Source: Eledone cirrhosa
Lineage: Eukaryota
Length of the DNA: 64,000 bases
Assembly (NCBI GenBank): GCA_964016885.1
Contig: OZ024744.1
Location: 130,882,001-130,946,000 of the forward strand
Reading direction: 5' to 3'
This document shows positions 36,172 to 49,372 of this stretch, one piece after another. Made by a program: the position numbers and the translations under genes. The notes below the pieces were generated by a model. That model saw only the letters and a program-made list of their open reading frames with translations, was not told the DNA's origin and did no database searches. How positions within the stretch are numbered: the stretch's first letter is position 1; each line of letters opens with the position of its first letter.

Positions 36172-38495
36172 TCGGGGTTAAGTTAAGTTGGCGTTAAGTT
36201 AAGTTAGGCTTAACTTAAGTTGGGGTTCAGTTAAGTTGGGGGTAAGTTAAGTTGGGGGTAAGTTAAGTTGGGGGTAAGTTAAGTTGGGGTTAAGTTAAGT
36301 TGCGGTTAAGTTGGGGTTAAGTTAAGTTAGGGTTAAGTTAAGTTGGGGTTGAGTTAAGTTGGGGTTAATTAAGTGGTGGTTATGTTAAGTTGGGGTTAAG
36401 TTAAGTTGGGGTTAAGTTAAGTTGGGGTTAAGTTAAGTTGGGGTAAAGTTGGGGTTGAGTTAAGTTGGGGTTGAGTGAAGTTGGGGTTAAGTTAAGTTGG
36501 GGTTAAGTTAAGTTGGGGTTAAGATAAGTCGGGGTTAAGTTAAGTTGTGGTTGAGTTAAGTTGGGGTTAATTTAAGTTGGGGCTAAGTTAATTTGTGGTT
36601 AAGTTAAGTTGGGGTTAAGTTAAGTTGGGGTTAAGTTAAGTTGGGGTTGAGTTAAGTTGGGGTTGAGTTAATTTGGGGTTAAGTTAAGTTGGGGTTAAGT
36701 TAAGTTGGGTTTAAGTTAAGCTGGGGTTAAATTAAGTTGGGGTTAAATTAAGTTGGGGTTAAGTTAAGTTGGGGGTAAGTTAAGTTGGGGGCAAGTTAAG
36801 TTGGGGTTAATTTAAGTTGGGGTTAAATTAAGTTGGGGTTACGTTAAGTTGGTGTTAAGTTAAGTTGGGGTTAATTTAAGTTGGGGTTAATTAAGTTGGG
36901 GTTAAGTTAAGTTGGGGTTAAGTTAAGTTGGGGTTAATTTAAGTTGGGGTTGAGTTAAGTTGGGGTTAAGTTAAGTTGGGGTTATATTAAGTTGGGGTTA
37001 AGTTAAGTTGGGGTTCAGTTAAGTTGGGGTTAAGTTAAGTTGGGGTTAAGTTAAGTTGAGGTTAAGTTAAGTTGGGGTTAAGTTAAGTTGGTGTTAAGTT
37101 AAGTTGGGGCTAAGTTAAGTTGGGGCTGAGTTAAGTTGGGGCTGAGTTAAGTTGGGGCTAAGTGAAGTTGGGGTTGAGTTAAGTTGGGGTTAAGTTAAGT
37201 TGGGGTTAAGTTAAGTTGGGGTTAAGTTAAGTTAGGTTTAAGTTAAGTTGGGGTTAAGTTAAGTTGGGGTTAAGTTAAGTTGGGGTTAAGTTAAGTTGGG
37301 GTTAAGTTAAGTTGGGGTTAAGTTAATTTGTGGTTAAGTTAAGTTGTGGTTAAGTTAAGTTGGGGTTAAGTTAAGTTGGGCTTAAGTTAAGTCGGGGTTA
37401 AGTTAAGTTGGGGTTAAGTTAAGTTGGGGTTAATTTAAGTTGGGGTTAAGTTAAGTTGGGGTTAAGTTAAGTTGGGTTTAAGTTAAGTTGGGGTTAAGTT
37501 AAGTTGAGGTTAAATTAAGTTGGGGTTAAATTAAGTTGGGGTTAAGTTAAGTTGGGGTTAAGTTAAGTTGGGGTTAAGTTAAGTTGGGGATAAGTTAAGT
37601 TGGGGATAATTTAAGTTGGGGTTAAGTTAAGTTGGGTTTAAGTTAAGTTGGGGTTAAGTTAAGTTGGGGTTAAGTTAAGTTGGGGCTAAGTTAAGTTGGG
37701 GCTGAGTTAAGTTGGGGTTAAGTTAAATTGGGGTTAAGTTAAGTTGGGGTTAAGTTAAGTTGGGGTTAAGTTAAGTTGGGGTTTATTTAAGTTGGGGTTA
37801 AGTTAAGTTGGGGTTCAGTTAAGTTGGGGTTCAGTTAAGTTGGGGTTAAGTTAAGTTGGGGTTTAGATGGGGTTAAATTAAGTTGGGGTTAAGTTAAGTT
37901 GGGGTTAAGTTAAGTTGGGGTTAAGCTAAGTTGGGGTTAAGTTAAGTCGGGGTTAAGTTAAGTCGGGGTTAAGTTAAGTTAGGGTTCAGTTAAGTTCGGG
38001 TTAAGTTAAGTTGGGGTTGAGTTAAGTTGGGGTTGAGTTAAGTTGGGGTTAAGTTAAGTTGGGGTTAAGTTAAGTTGCAGTTAAGTTAAGTTGAGGTTAA
38101 GTTAAGGTGCGGTTAAGTTAAGTTGGGGTTAAGTTAAGTTGGGGCTAAGTTAAGTTGGGGCTAAGTTAAGTTGGGGCTAAGTTAAGTTGGGGTTAAGTTA
38201 AGTCGGGGTTAAGTTAAGTTGGGGTTAAGTTAATTTGGGGTTAATTTAAGTTGGGGTTAAGTTAAGTTGGGGTTAAGTTAAGTTGGGGTTAAGTTAAGTT
38301 GGGGTTGAGTTAAGTTGGGTTTAAGTTAAGTTGGGGTTAAGTTAAGTTGGGGTCAAGTTAAGTTGGGGTTAAGTTAAGTTGGTTAGTTAAGTTGAGTTTA
38401 AGTTAAGTTGGGGTTAATTTAAGTTGGGGTTAAGTTAAGTTGGGGTTCAGTTAAGTTGGGGTTAAGTTAAGTTGGGGTTAAGTTAAGTTGGGGTT

Positions 38496-38697
38496 AACCC
38501 AAACTTAACTTAACCCCAACTTCACTCAACCCCAACGTAACTCAACCCCAACTTAACTTAACCCCAACTTCACTCAACCCCAACTTAACTTAACCCCAAC
38601 TTCACTCAACACCAACTTAAGTCAACCCCAACTTAACTTAACCCCAACTTGACTTAACCCCAACTTAAATTAGCCCCAACTTAACCTAAGCCCAAAG
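38496..38697 (-). repeat. Inverted satellite block 26 (202 bp)
   Basis: Same variants as block 3. Confidence 0.95.
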
Positions 38698-39487
38698 TCG
38701 GGGTTAAGTTAAGTTGGCGTTATGTTAAGTCAGGCTTAACTTAAGTTGGGGTTCAGTTAAGTTAGGGGTAAGTTAAGTTGGGGGTAAGTTAAGTTGGGGT
38801 TAAGTTAAGTTGCGGTTAAGTTGGGGTTAAGTTAAGTTAGGGTTAAGTTAAGTTGGGGTTGAGTTAAGTTGGGGTTAATTAAGTGGTGGTTATGTTAAGT
38901 TGGGGTTAATTTAAATTGGGGTTAAGTTAACTTTGTGGTTAAGTTAAGTTGGGGTTAAGTTAAGTTGGGGTTAAGTTGGGGTTGAGTTAAGTTGGGGTTG
39001 AGTGAAGTTGGGGTTAAGTTAAGTTGGGGTAAAGTTAAGTTGGGGTTAAGTTAAGTCGGGGTTAAGTTAAGTTGTGGTTGAGTTAAGTTGGGGTTAATTT
39101 AAGTTGGGGCTAAGTTAATTTGTGGTTAAGTTAAGTTGGGGTTGAGTTAAGTTGGGGTTAAGTTAAGTTGGGGTCAAGTTAAGTTGGGGTTAAGTTGGGG
39201 TTAAGTTAAGTTAGGTTTAAGTTAAGTTGGGGTTAAGTTAAGTTGGGGTTAAGTTAAGTTGGGGTTAAGTTAAGTTGGGGTTAAGTTAAGTTGGGGTTAA
39301 GTTAAATTGGGGTTAAGTTAAGTTGGGTTTAAGTTAAGTTGGGGTTAAGTTAAGTTGGGGTCAAGTTAAGTTGGGGTTAAGTTAAGTTGGTTAGTTAAGT
39401 TGAGTTTAAGTTAAGTTGGGGTTAATTTAAGTTGGGGTTAAGTTAAGTTGGGGTTAAGTTAAGTTGGGGTTAAGTTAAATTGGGGTT

Positions 39488-39689
39488 AACCCCAACTTAA
39501 CTTAACCCCAACTTCACTCAACCCCAACGTAACTCAACCCCAACTTAACTTAACCCCAACTTCACTCAACCCCAACTTAACTTAACCCCAACTTCACTCA
39601 ACCGCAACTTAAGTCAACCCCAACTTAACTTAACCCCAACTTGACGTAACCCCAACTTAACTTAGCCCCAACTTAACTTAAGCCCAAAG
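39488..39689 (-). repeat. Inverted satellite block 27 (202 bp)
   Basis: As block 4, with one extra substitution (TTGACGTAAC). Confidence 0.95.
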
Positions 39690-39886
39690 TCGGGATTAAG
39701 TTAAGTTGGCGTTAAGTTAAGTTGGGGTTAAGTTAAGTTGGGTTTAAGTTAAGTTGGGGTTAAGTTAAGTTGGGGTCAAGTTAAGTTGGGGTTAAGTTAA
39801 GTTGGTTAGTTAAGTTGAGTTTAAGTTAAGTTGGGGTTAATTTAAGTTGGGGTTAAGTTAAGTTGGGGTTAAGTTAAGTTGGGGTT

Positions 39887-40040
39887 AACCCCAACTTAAC
39901 TTAACCCCAACTTCACTCAACCCCAACTTAACTTAACCCCAACTTCACTCAACCCCAACTTAAGTCAACCCCAACTTAACTTAACCCCAACTTGACTTAA
40001 CCCCAACTTAAATTAGCCCCAACTTAACTTAAGCCCAAAG
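39887..40040 (-). repeat. Inverted satellite block 28 (154 bp)
   Basis: Same variants as block 5. Confidence 0.95.
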
Positions 40041-40979
40041 TCGGGGTTAAGTTAAGTTGGCGTTATGTTAAGTCAGGCTTAACTTAAGTTGGGGTTCAGT
40101 TAAGTTGGGGGTAAGTTAAGTTGGGGGTAAGTTAAGTTGGGGTTAAGTTAAGTTGCGGTTAAGTTGGGGTTAAGTTAAGTTAGGGTTAAGTTAAGTTGGG
40201 GTTGAGTTAAGTTGGGGTTAATTAAGTGGTGGTTATGTTAAGTTGGGGTTAATTTAAATTGGGGTTAAGTTAACTTTGTGGTTAAGTTAAGTTGGGGTTA
40301 AGTTAAGTTGGGGTTAAGTTGGGGTTGAGTTAAGTTGGGGTTGAGTGAAGTTGGGGTTAACTTAAGTTGGGGTAAAGTTAAGTTGGGGTTAAGTTAAGTC
40401 GGGGTTAAGTTAAGTTGTGGTTGAGTTAAGTTGGGGTTAATTTAAGTTGGGGCTAAGTTAATTTGTGGTTAAGTTAAGTTGGGGTTAAGTTAAGTTGGGG
40501 TTAAGTTAAGTTGGGGTTGAGTTAAGTTGGGGTTGAGTTAATTTGGGGTTAAGTTAAGTTGGGGTTAAGTTAAGTTGGGTTTAAGTTAAGTTGGGGTTAA
40601 ATTAAGTTGGGGTTAAATTAAGTTGGGGTTAAGTTAAGTTGGGGGTAAGTTAAGTTGGGGGCAAGTTAAGTTGGGGCTAAGTTAAGTTGGGGTTAAATTA
40701 AGTTGGGGTTACGTTAAGTTGGTGTTAAGTTAAGTTGGGGTTAATTTAAGTTGGGGTTAAGTTAAGTTGGTGTTAAGTTAAGTTGGGGTTAAGTTAAGTT
40801 GGGGTTAAGTTAAGTTGGGTTTAAGTTAAGTTGGGGTTAAGTTAAGTTTGGGTCAAGTTAAGTTGGGGTTAAGTTAAGTTGGTTAGTTAAGTTGAGTTTA
40901 AGTTAAGTTGGGGTTAATTTAAGCTGGGGTTAAGTTAAGTTGGGGTTAAGTTAAGTTGGGGTTAAGTTAAGTTGGGGTT

Positions 40980-41181
40980 AACCCCAACTTAACTTAACCC
41001 CAACTTCACTCAACCCCAACGTAACTCAACCCCAACTTAACTTAACCCCAACTTCACTCAACCCCAACTTAACTTAACCCCAACTTCACTCAACCCCAAC
41101 TTAAGTCAACCCCAACTTAACTTAACCCCAACTTGACTTAACCCCAACTTAACTTAGCCCCAACTTAACTTAAGCCCAAAG
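40980..41181 (-). repeat. Inverted satellite block 29 (202 bp)
   Basis: Reverse-complement units; GTCGGGATT right flank as in block 4. Confidence 0.95.
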
Positions 41182-43461
41182 TCGGGATTAAGTTAAGTTG
41201 GCGTTAAGTTAAGTTAGACTTAACTTAAGTTGGGGTTCAGTTAAGTTGGGAGTAAATTAAGTTGGGGGTAAGTTAAGTTGGGGTTAAGTTAAGTTGCGGT
41301 TAAGTTAGGGTTAAGTTAAGTTGGCGTTGAGTTAAGTTGGGGTTAATTAAGTGGTGGTTATGTTAAGTTGGGGTTAATTTAAATTGGGGTGAAGTTAACT
41401 TTGTGGTTAAGTTAATTTGGGGTTAAGTTAAGTTGGGGTTAAGTTGGGGTTGAGTTAAGTTGGGGTTGAGTGAAGTTGGGGTTAAGTTAAGTTGGGGTAA
41501 AGTTAAGTTGGGGTTAAGTTAAGTCGGGGTTAAGTTAAGTTGTGGTTGAGTTAAGTTGGGGTTAATTTAAGTTGGGGCTAAGTTAATTTGTGGTTAAGTT
41601 AAGTTGGGGTTAAGTTAAGTTGGGGTTAAGTTAAGTTGGGGTTCAGTTAAGTTGGGGTTAAGTTAAGTTGGGGTTAAGTTAAGTTGGTGTTAAGTTAAGT
41701 TGGGGTCAAGTTAAGTTGGGGTTAAGTTGGGGTTAAGTTAAGTTAGGTTTAAGTTAAGTTGGGGTTAAGTTAAGTTGGGGTTAAGTTAAGTTGGGGTTAA
41801 GTTAAGTTGGGGTTAAGTTAAATTGGGGTTAAGTTAAGTTGGGGCTAAGTTAAGTTGGGGCTAAGTTAAGTTGGGGTTAAGTTAAGTTGGGGTTAAGTTA
41901 AGTTGGGGTTAAGTTAAGTTGGGGTTAAGTTAAGTTGGTGTTAAGTTAAGTTGGGGCTAAGTTAAGTTGGGGCTGAGTTAAGTTGGGGCTAAGTTAAGTT
42001 GGGGTTAAGTTAAGTTGGGGTTGAGTTAAGTTGGGTTTAAGTTAAGTTGGGGTCAAGTTAAGTTGGGGTTAAGTTGGGGCTAAGTTAAGTTAGGTTTAAG
42101 TTAAGTTGGGGTTAAGTTAAGTTGGGGTTAAGTTAAGTTGGGGTTAAGTTAAGTTGGGGTTAAGTTAAGTTGGGGTTAAGTTAAGTCGGGGTTAAGTTAA
42201 GTCGGGGTTAAGTTAAGTTGGGGTTAAGTTAAGTTGGGGTTAAGTTAAGTTGGGGTTAAGTTAAGTTGGGGTTAAGTTAAGTTGGGGTTAAGTTAAGTTG
42301 AGGTTAAGTTAAGTTGGGGTTAAATTAAGTTGGGGTTAAGTTAAGTTGGGGTTAAGTTAAGTTGGGGTTAAGTTAAGTTGGGGTTAAGTTAAGTTGGTTA
42401 GTTAAGTTGAGTTTAAGTTAAGTTGGGGTTAATTTAAGTTGGGGTTAAGTTAAGCTGGGGTTAAGTTAAGTTGGGGTTAAGTTAAGTTGGGGTTAATTTA
42501 AGTTGGGGTTAAGTTAAGTTGCGGGTAATTTAAGTTGGCGTTAAGTTAAGTTGGGGTTAAGTTAAGTTGGGGTTAAGTTAAGTTGGGGTTAAGTTAAGTT
42601 GGGGTTAATTTAAGTTGGGGTTAAGTTAAGTTGCGGGTAATTTAAGTTGGCGTTTAGTTAAGTTGGGGTTAAGTTAAGTTGGGGTTAAGTTAAGTTGGGG
42701 TTAAGTTAAGTTGGGGTTTATTTAAGTTGGGGTTAAGTTAAGTTGGGGTTCAGTTAAGTTGGGGTTCAGTTAAGTTGGGGTTAAGTTAAGTTGGGGTTAA
42801 GAGGGGGTTAAATTACGTTGGAGTTAAGTTAAGTTGGGGTTAAGTTAAGTTGGGGTTAAGTTAAGTTGGGGTTAAGTTAAGTCGGGGTTAATTTAAGTCG
42901 GGGTTAAGTTAAGTTAGGGTTCAGTTAAGTTGGGGTTAAGTTAAGTTGGGGTTGAGTTAGTTGGGGTCGAGTTAAATTGGGGTTGAGTTAAGTTGGGCTT
43001 GAGTTAAGTTGGTGTTGAGTTAAGTTGGGGTTAAGGTAAATTGGGGTTAATTTAAGTTGCAGTTAAGTTAAGTTGAGGTTAAGTTAAGGTGCGGTTAAGT
43101 TAAGTTGGGGTTAATTTAAGTTGGGGCTAAGTTAAGTTGGGGCTAAGTTAAGTTGGGGCTAAGTTAAGTTGGGGTTAAGTTAAGTTGGGGTTAAGTTAAG
43201 TCGGGGTTAAGTTAAGTTGGGGTTAAGTTAAGTTGGGGTTAATTTAAGTTGGGGTTAAGTTAAGTTGGGGTTAAGTTAAGTTGGGGTTAAGTTAAGTTGG
43301 GTTTAAGTTAAGTTGGGGTTAAGTTAAGTTGGGGTTAAGTTAAGTTGGGGTTAAGTTAAGTTGGTTAGTTAAGTTGAGTTTAAGTTAAGTTGGGGTTAAT
43401 TTAAGTTGGGTTTAAGTTAAGTTGGGGTTAAGTTAAGTTGGGGTTAAGTTAAGTTGGGGTT

Positions 43462-43590
43462 AACCCCAACTTAACTTAACCCCAACTTCACTCAACCCCA
43501 ACTTAACTTAACCCCAACTTCACTCAACCCCAACTTCCAACTTGACTTAACCCCAACTTAACTTAGCCCCAACTTAACTTAAGCCCAAAG
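43462..43590 (-). repeat. Inverted satellite block 30 (129 bp)
   Basis: The 177-bp type lacking three units. Confidence 0.95.
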
Positions 43591-45718
43591 TCGGGGTTAA
43601 GTTAAGTTTGCGTTAAGTTAAGTTAGGCTTAACTTAAGTTGGGGTTCAGTTAAGTTGGGGGTAAGTTAAGTTGGGGTTAAGTTAAGTTGCGGTTAAGTTG
43701 GGGTTAAGTTAAGTTAGGGTTAAGTTAATTTGGGGTTGAGTTAAGTTGGGGTTAATTAAGTGGTGGTTATGTTAAGTTGGGGTTAAGTTAAGTTGGGGTT
43801 AATTTAAATTGGGGTTAAGTTAACTTTGTGGTTAAGTTAAGTTGGGGTTAAGTTAAGTGGGGGTAAAGTTGGGGTTGAGTTAAGTTGGGGTTGAGTGAAG
43901 TTGGGGTTAAGTTAAGTTGGGGTTAAGTTAAGTTGGGGTTAAGATAAGTCGGGGTTAAGTTAAGTTGTGGTTGAGTTAAGTTGGGGTTAATTTAAGTTGG
44001 GGATAAGTTAATTTGTGGTTAAGTTAAGTTGGGGTTAAGTTAAGTTGGGGTTAAGTTAAGTTGGGGTTGAGTTAAGTTGGGGTTGAGTTAATTTGGGGTT
44101 AAGTTAAGTTGGGGTTAAGTTAAGTTGGGTTTAAGTTAAGTTGGGGTTAAATTAAGTTGGGGTTAAATTAAGTTGGGGTTGAGTTAAGTTGGGGGTAAGT
44201 TAAGTTGGGTGCAAGTTAAGTTGGGGTTAATTTAAGTTGGGGTTAAATTAAGTTGGGGTTACGTTAAGTTGGTGTTAAGTTAAGTTGGGGTTAATTTAAG
44301 TTGGGGTTAATTAAGTTGGGGTTAAGTTAAGTTGGGGTTAAGTTAAGTTGGATTTAATTTAAGTTGGGGTTGAGTTAAGTTGGGGTTATATTAAGTTGGG
44401 GTTAAGTTAAGTTGGGGTTCAGTTAAGTTGGGGTTAAGTTAAGTTGGGGTTAAGTTAAGTTGAGGTTAAGTTAAGTTGGGGTTAAGTTAAGTTGGTGTTA
44501 AGTTAAGTTGGGGCTAAGTTAAGTTGGGGCTGAGTTAAGTTGGGGCTGAGTTAAGTTGGGGCTAAGTTAAGTTGGGGTTGAGTTATGTTGGGGTTAAGTT
44601 AAGTTGGGGTCAAGTTAAGTTGGGGTTAAGTTGGGGTTAAGTTAAGTTAGGTTTAAGTTAAGTTGGGGTTAAGTTAAGTTGGGGTTAAGTTAAGTTGGGG
44701 TTAAGTTAAGTTAGGTTTAAGTTAAGTTGGGGTTAAGTTAAGTTGGGGTTAAGTTAAGTTGGGGTTAAGTTAAGTTGGGGTTAAGTTAAGTTGAGGTTAA
44801 GTTAAGTTGGGGTTAAATTAAGTTGGGGTTAAGTTAAGTTGGGGTTAAGTTAAGTTGGGGATAAGTTAAGTTGGGGATAATTTAAGTTGGGGTTAAGTTA
44901 AGTTGGGTTTAAGTTAAGTTGGGGTTAAGTTAAGTTGGGGTTAAGTTAAGTTGGGGTTAAGTTAAGTTGGGGTTAAGTTAAGTTGGGGTTCAGTTAAGTT
45001 GGGGTTCAGTTAAGTTGGGGTTAAGTTAAGTTGGGGTTAAGATGGGGCTAAATTAAGTTGGGGTTAAGTTAAGTTGGGGTTAAGTTAAGTTGGGGTTAAG
45101 CTAAGTTGGGGTTAAGTTAAGTCGGGGTTAAGTTAAGTCGGGGTTAAGTTAAGTTAGGGTTCAGTTAAGTTGGGGTTAAGTTAAGTTGGGGTTGAGTTAA
45201 GTTGGGGTTGAGTTAAATTGGGGTTGAGTTAAGTTGGGGTTGAGTTAAGTTGGTGTTGAGTTAAGTTGGGGTTAAGTTAAGTTGGGGTTAAGTTAAGTTG
45301 CAGTTAAGTTAAGTTGAGGTTAAGTTAAGGTGCGGTTAAGTTAAGTTGGGGTTAAGTTAAGTTGGGGCTAAGTTAAGTTGGGGCTAAGTTAAGTTGGGGC
45401 TAAGTTAAGTTGGGGTTAAGTTAAGTCGGGGTTAAGTTAAGTTGGGGTTAAGTTAAGTTGGGGTTAATTTAAGTTGGGGTTAAGTTAAGTTGGGGTTAAG
45501 TTAAGTTGGGGTTAAGTTAAGTTGGGGTTAAGTTAAGTTGGGTTTAAGTTAAGTTGGGGTTAAGTTAAGTTGGGGTCAAGTTAAGTTGGGGTTAAGTTAA
45601 GTTGGTTAGTTAAGTCGAGTTTAAGTTAAGTTGGGGTTAATTTAAGTTGGGGTTAAGTTAAGTTGGGGTTAAGTTAAGTTGGGGTTAAGTTAAGTTGGGG
45701 TTAAGTTAAGTTGGGGTT

Positions 45719-45920
45719 AACCCCAACTTAACTTAACCCCAACTTCACTCAACCCCAACGTAACTCAACCCCAACTTAACTTAACCCCAACTTCACTCAA
45801 CCCCAACTTAACTTAACCCCAACTTCACTCAACCCCAACTTAAGTCAACCCCAACTTAACTTAACCCCAACTTGACTTAACCCCAACTTAAATTAGCCCC
45901 AACTTAACTTAAGCCCAAAG
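45719..45920 (-). repeat. Inverted satellite block 31 (202 bp)
   Basis: Reverse-complement units with conserved junctions. Confidence 0.95.
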
Positions 45921-47586
45921 TCGGGGTTAAGTTAAGTTGGCGTTATGTTAAGTCAGGCTTAACTTAAGTTGGGGTTCAGTTAAGTTGGGAGTAAGTTAAG
46001 TTGGGGGTAAGTTAAGTTGGGGTTAAATTAAGTTGCGGTTAAGTTGGGGTTAAGTTAAGTTAGGGTTAAGTTAAGTTGGGGTTGAGTTAAGTTGGGGTTA
46101 ATTAAGTGGTGGTTATGTTAAGTTGGGGTTAATTTAAATTGGGGTTAAGTTAACTTTGTGGTTAAGTTCAGTTGGGGTTAAGTTAAGTTGGGGTTAAGTT
46201 GGGGTTGAGTTAAGTTGGGGTTGAGTGAAGTTGGGGTTAAGTTAAGTTGGGGTAAAGTTAAGTTGGGGTTAAGTTAAGTCGGGGTTGAGTTAAGTTGTGG
46301 TTGAGTTAAGTTGGGGTTAATTTAAGTTGGGGCTAAGTTAATTTGTGGTTAAGTTAAGTTGGGGTTAAGTTAAGTTGGGTTTAAGTTAAGTTGGGGTTAA
46401 ATTAAGTTGGGGTTAAATTAAGTTGGGGTTAAGTTAAGTTGGGGGTAAGTTAAGTTGGGGGCAAGTTAAGTTGGGGCTAAGTTAAGTTGGGGTTAAATTA
46501 AGTTGGGGTTACGTTAAGTTGGTGTTAAGTTAAGTTGGGGTTAATTTAAGTTGGGGTTAATTAAGTTGGGGTTAATTTAAGTTGGGGTTAAGTTAAGTTG
46601 GGGTTAATTTAAGTTGGGGTTGAGTTAAGTTGGGGTTAATTTAAGTTGGGGTTATATTAAGTTGGGGTTAAGTTAAGTTGGGGTTAATTTAAGTTGGGGT
46701 TAAGTTAAGTTGGGGTTTATTTAAGTTGGGGTTAAGTTAAGTTGGGGTTCAGTTAAGTTGGGGTTCAGTTAAGTTGGGGTTAAGTTAAGTTGGGGTTAAG
46801 ATGGGGTTAAATTAAGTTGGGGTTAAGTTAAGTTGGGGTCAAGTTAAGTTGGGGTTAAGTTAAGTTGGGGTTAAGTTAAGTCGGGGTTAAGTTAAGTCGG
46901 GGTTAAGTTAAGTTAGGGTTCAGTTAAGTTGGGGTTAAGTTAAGTTGGGGTTGAGTTAAGTTGGGGTTGAGTTAAATTGGGGTTGAGTTAAGTTGGGGTT
47001 GAGTTAAGTTGGTGTTGAGTTAAGTTGGGGTTAAGTTAAGTTGGGGTTAAGTTAAGTTGCAGTTAAGTTAAGTTGAGGTTAAGTTAAGGTGCGGTTAAGT
47101 TAAGTTGGGGTTAAGTTAAGTTGGGGCTAAGTTAAGTTGGGGCTAAGTTAAGTTGGGGTTAAGTTAAGTTGGGGTTAAGTTAAGTCGGGGTTAAGTTAAG
47201 TTGGGGTTAAGTTAAGTTGGGGTTAAGTTAAGTTGGGGTTAAGTTAAGTTGGGGTTAAGTTAAGTTGGGTTTAAGTTAAGTTGGGGTTAAGTCAAGTTGG
47301 GGTTAAGTTAAGTTGGGGTTAAGTTTAGTTGGTTAGTTAAGTTGAGTTTAAGTTAAGTTGGGGTTAATTTAAGTTGGAGTTAAGTTAATATGGGGTTAAG
47401 TTAAGTTGGGGTTAAGTTAAGTTGGGTTTAAGTTAAGTTGGGGTTAAGTTAAGTTGGGGTCAAGTTAAGTTGGGGTTAAGTTAAGTTGGTTAGTTAAGTC
47501 GAGTTTAAGTTAAGTTGGGGTTAATTTAAGTTGGGGTTAAGTTAAGTTGGGGTTAAGTTAAGTTGGGGTTAAGTTAAGTTGGGGTT

Positions 47587-47740
47587 AACCCCAACTTAAC
47601 TTAACCCCAACTTCACTCAACCCCAACGTAACTCAACCCCAACTTAACTTAACCCCAACTTCACTCAACCCCAACTTAACTTAACCCCAACTTCACTCAA
47701 CCCCAACTTATGTCAACCCCAACTTAACTTAAGCCCAAAG
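47587..47740 (-). repeat. Inverted satellite block 32 (154 bp, distal deletion type)
   Basis: Reverse-complement units; TATGTC variant; lacks the GACTT and AGCCCC units. Confidence 0.95.
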
Positions 47741-49170
47741 TCGGGGTTAAGTTAAGTTGGCGTTATGTTAAGTCAGGCTTAACTTAAGTTGGGGTTCAGT
47801 TAAGTTGGGGGTAAGTTAAGTTGGGGGTAAGTTAAGTTGGGGTTAAGTTAAGTTGCGGTTAGGTTGGGGTTAAGTTAAGTTAGGGTTAAGTTAAGTTGGG
47901 GTTGAGTTAAGTTGGGGTTAATTAAGTGGTGGTTATGTTAAGTTGGGGTTAATTTAAATTGGGGTTAAGTTAACATTGTGGTTAAGTTAAGTTGGGGTTA
48001 AGTTAAGTTGGGGTTAAGTTGGGGTTGAGTTAAGTTGGGGTTGAGTGAAGTTGGGGTTAAGTTAAGTTGGGGTAAAGTTAAGTTGGGGGTTAAGTTAAGT
48101 CGGGGTTAAGTTAAGTTGTGGTTGAGTTAAGTTGGGGTTAATTTAAGTTGGGGCTAAGTTAATTTGTGGTTAAGTTAAGTTGGGGTTAAGTTAAGTTGGG
48201 GTTGAGTTAAGTTGGGGTTGAGTTAATTTGGGGTTAAGTTAAGTTGGGGTTAAGTTAAGTTGGGTTTAAGTTAAGTTGGGGTTAAATTAAGTTGGGGTTA
48301 AATTAAGTTGGGGTTAAGTTAAGTTGGGGGTAAGTTAAGTTGGGGGCAAGTTAAGTTGGGGCTAAGTTAAGTTGGGGTTAAATTAAGTTGGGGTTACGTT
48401 AAGTTGGTGTTAAGTTAAGTTGGGGTTAATTTAAGTTGGGGTTAATTAAGTTGGGGTTAATTTAAGTTGGGGTTAAGTTAAGTTGGGGTTAATTTAAGTT
48501 GGGGTTGAGTTAAGTTGGGGTTAAGTTAAGTTGGGGTTATATTAAGTTGGGGTTAAGTTAAGTTGGGGTTAAGTTAAGTTGGGGTTAAGTTAAGTTGGGG
48601 TTTATTTAAGTTGGGGTTAAGTTAAGTTGGGGTTCAGTTAAGTTGGGGTTCAGTTAAGTTGGGGTTAAGTTAAGTTGGGGTTAAGATGGGGTTCAATTAA
48701 GTTGGGGTTAAGTTAAGTTGGGGTCAAGTTAAGTTGGGGTTAAGTTAAGTTGGGGTTAAGTTAAGTCGGGGTTAAGTTAAGTCGGGTTTAAGTTAAGTTA
48801 GGGTTCAGTTAAGTTGGGGTTAAGTTAAGTTGGGGTTGAGTTAAGTTGGGGTTGAGTTAAATTGGGGTTGAGTTAAGTTGGGGTTGAGTTAAGTTGGTGT
48901 TGAGTTAAGTTGGGGTTAAGTTAAGTTGGGGTTAAGTTAAGTTGGGGTTAATTTAAGTTGGGGTTAATTTAAGTTGGGGTTAATTTAAGTTGGGGTTAAG
49001 TTAAGTTGGGGTTAAGTTAAGTTGGGGTTAAGTTAAGTTGGGTTTAAGTTAAGTTGGGGTTAAGTTAAGTTGGGGTCAAGTTAAGTTGGGGTTAAGTTAA
49101 GTTGGTTAGTTAAGTCGAGTTTAAGTTAAGTTGGGGTTAATTTAAGTTGGGGTTAAGTTAAGTTGGGGTT

Positions 49171-49372
49171 AACCCCAACTTAACTTAACCCCAACTTCAC
49201 TCAACCCCAACTTCACTCAACCCCAACTTAACTTAACCCCAACTTCACTCAACCCCAACTTAACTTAACCCCAACTTCACTCAACCCCAACTTAAGTCAA
49301 CCCCAACTTAACTTAACCCCAACTTGACTTAACCCCAACTTAAATTAGCCCCAACTTAACTTAAGCCCAAAG
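49171..49372 (-). repeat. Inverted satellite block 33 (202 bp)
   Basis: Reverse-complement units; unit 3 converted to CACTC. Confidence 0.95.

Larger units (their letters stand above)
32532..40534 (+). repeat. Segmental duplication, copy B (partner at 1-8003)
   Basis: Junctions at 33206, 35995, 38496, 39488 and 39887, with the same order of variant units and only a few substitutions seen. Confidence 0.9.
42600..48200 (+). repeat. Segmental duplication, copy C (partner at about 57650-63010)
   Basis: Private markers (GAGTTAGTTGGGGTCGAG, the 129-bp block, GTCGAGTTT, TTAATATGGGG, the TATGTC block) recur at offsets of 15,027, 14,950 and about 14,822. Boundaries are approximate. Confidence 0.8.
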